Origin: Takakia lepidozioides
Taxonomy: Eukaryota > Plantae > Bryophyta
NCBI GenBank assembly: GCA_030704615.1
Contig: CM060731.1
Span: 44,454,001-44,518,000, forward strand
Direction of reading: 5' to 3'
Length of the DNA stretch: 64,000 bases
Position numbers and translations under genes: made by a program. Shown piece by piece: positions 62,208 to 64,000 of the stretch; positions within the stretch are counted from its first letter, which is position 1, and every line of letters begins with the position of its first letter. The notes beneath the pieces are model-generated. The model did not search any database and had not been told where the DNA came from. It was given only the letters and a program-made list of their open reading frames with translations.

Positions 62208-64000
62208 GTTCATAGTTCATAGTTCATAGAATCAGCACCATATTAGATTGTACTCATAAGACGTTGTTTGCCGTAGCCTTGTGGCCATTGACCCCGCGCC
62301 CAGTTTGAGCGGGAACAAAAGGGACAGAACCTACCTCTGTTAGGGGCTGACGTTGGTAGTAAGACTTACCTCCATATAAAGAATTAATCTGGGTTTTCCA
62401 GATATCCTCTAGAAATCCCTTCACACAAGCATCAATCTGCTGTGTGTGATTTGCCCAAAAAAAAGGCCTCAGGAGGGCCTGGGCTTTTGGCTTAGCCTCG
62501 AGACTTTCAAAGTTGGTAAACAGGGGTACAGGCACAATTCCCTTAATAGATTTGAAGAGAGCGTCTCTTTGGTGAGAGAACCCCGGACAGTGTATCAGAA
62601 AATGAATACTGTCTTCAGATTGCCCACACAACGGGCAATTTCACTCTCCCTTTCCTCTCTGCTTCTGTTTGCTGTTCAAAGGTAGGCTTCCTGCCCCGAG
62701 TTTAAATTTCAGTCTAGTGCCGAGAGTGGGTAGACCCTTGAGGTCATCCAAGATGTCCTCCCCCATGTCACAGACTGGAAACAAGTTCAGGGAAGTTTTC
62801 TGCTCAACTTCATTTTCATCAGACAATCTCATGGCAACAGACATGGCTGAGGACACTACAACCTCTAAGTCAGATTTATCCAGCAGGGTCAAGACTTGCG
62901 GATCCAGGTCCAGGTCCTTGAGGATCTCTTCTACTCTCTTCTGCCAGGACTTAGCCTGTTTGACAGGGCGGTCCTGTTTCCAAGATATAGAGTCGATTAA
63001 TTTAGGATATCTGGTGTTGGGCTGACCCCACCATCTGACTTTGAATTCATCTCGTCGGGAGCTTAAGGACGGAATGCCAAACTCACCCCGAACAGCCACA
63101 TTGGCTGTTTTGGAGCATGCTGACATACACTCCTTAAGCACCCCCACTTGAATGGATTCTAGAGACTTAGCCTGGTTGGAGTTATCAACCCATATAGCAG
63201 ATCCGTACTCCAAGGCAGGTCTAATAACGCGACAAAGCATGGTTTTCTTAACCTCAGAGTTGACCCCTCTGCAGTGGAAAAATTTAGTGAGCCCCAGAGC
63301 TTTGCCCTTGCCAGTTTGAACAACTTTCCGGATATGTGCATCCCAATTACAATTGGAGGAGAACTCAACGCCCAGGTAAGTGTAGGAAGGGAGGACCGGG
63401 ATCTCTTGACTACCCCACTGCCACTTAAGATCACTTCCTCCCTCTTCTCTGTCGTTGAATGCTACCACTGCACATTTGCTGACATTAGCCTCTAGCCCCC
63501 AAAGATCAAAGTATCTCTTCGCGCAATCAATCAACTCCTGGAGATTGGTTGGAGTCTCCCCTATGCCTGCGAAGTCATCCGCAAACATAAGGGCTGGTAT
63601 GGTGGTATCACCCACCCTTAACCCAAATCCCTCACTTTCCACATCCTCGAGGAGTTGATTGATGAAAACATTGAAGAGCAGAGGGGAGAGAGTACATCCT
63701 TGAGCTACACCTTGGTCTATGTCAAAGAAGTTGGACTTCTGTCCGTTAACAGTGACATAGCTTTTGGTGTGAGCATACAAGTTGTGGACAACTCTCCACA
63801 TCTTTCCCTTGATCCCACAAGACCAGAGGCGGAACCATAGGCCATCTCTCCACACTGTGTCATAAGCCTTTTTGACATCCAGGAAAAAGACATAAGTGGG
63901 TTTCCCTTCTTTTTTCCTTCCCTGGATAATCTGGCTTAGAGTGAAGATATGATCCACACAGCCCCTGTTTCGCCGAAAGCCAGCTTGGCCTTCGTGGAAA
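62208..64000 (-). mobile_element. LINE (RTE/RTEX/L2-like) 3' portion: RT + C-terminal CCHC finger, continues beyond window
   Basis: QAGFRRNRGCVDHIF, FLDVKKAYDTV, GVAQGCTLSPLLF, LMFADD, YTYLGV. After a frameshift, CGQSEDSIHFLIHCP. The 3' tail is (CTATGAA)3 at ~62209-62229. Confidence 0.92.

Overview
This is eukaryotic nuclear DNA, most likely from a non-seed land plant of bryophyte grade. That is inferred from spliceosomal introns, PLS-class PPR genes, a nuclear-encoded plastid ribosomal protein S5 and a Tcn1-type chromovirus. The first ~48 kb is a dense graveyard of nested, decayed transposons (CACTA, Tcn1/Gypsy, Copia, Helitron, LINE) mixed with pseudogenes (two PPR loci and a FYVE-SYLF gene). 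The last ~16 kb is gene-rich: an unknown multi-exon gene, an F-box gene, plastid rps5 head-to-head with an At5g64010/PAXX-like gene, and a LINE. The standout is a degenerate minus-strand Ty3/Gypsy element (~30.7-39.0 kb). Its polyprotein carries a complete set of C5-cytosine DNA methyltransferase motifs between protease and reverse transcriptase. A second, unrelated retroelement family (RNase H + CCHC/RHN LINE, Dualen/RandI-like, three fragments) carries a degenerate PCIF1/N6-adenine-methyltransferase-like domain upstream of RNase H. All calls were made by eye from the sequence and remembered family motifs; no searches were run.
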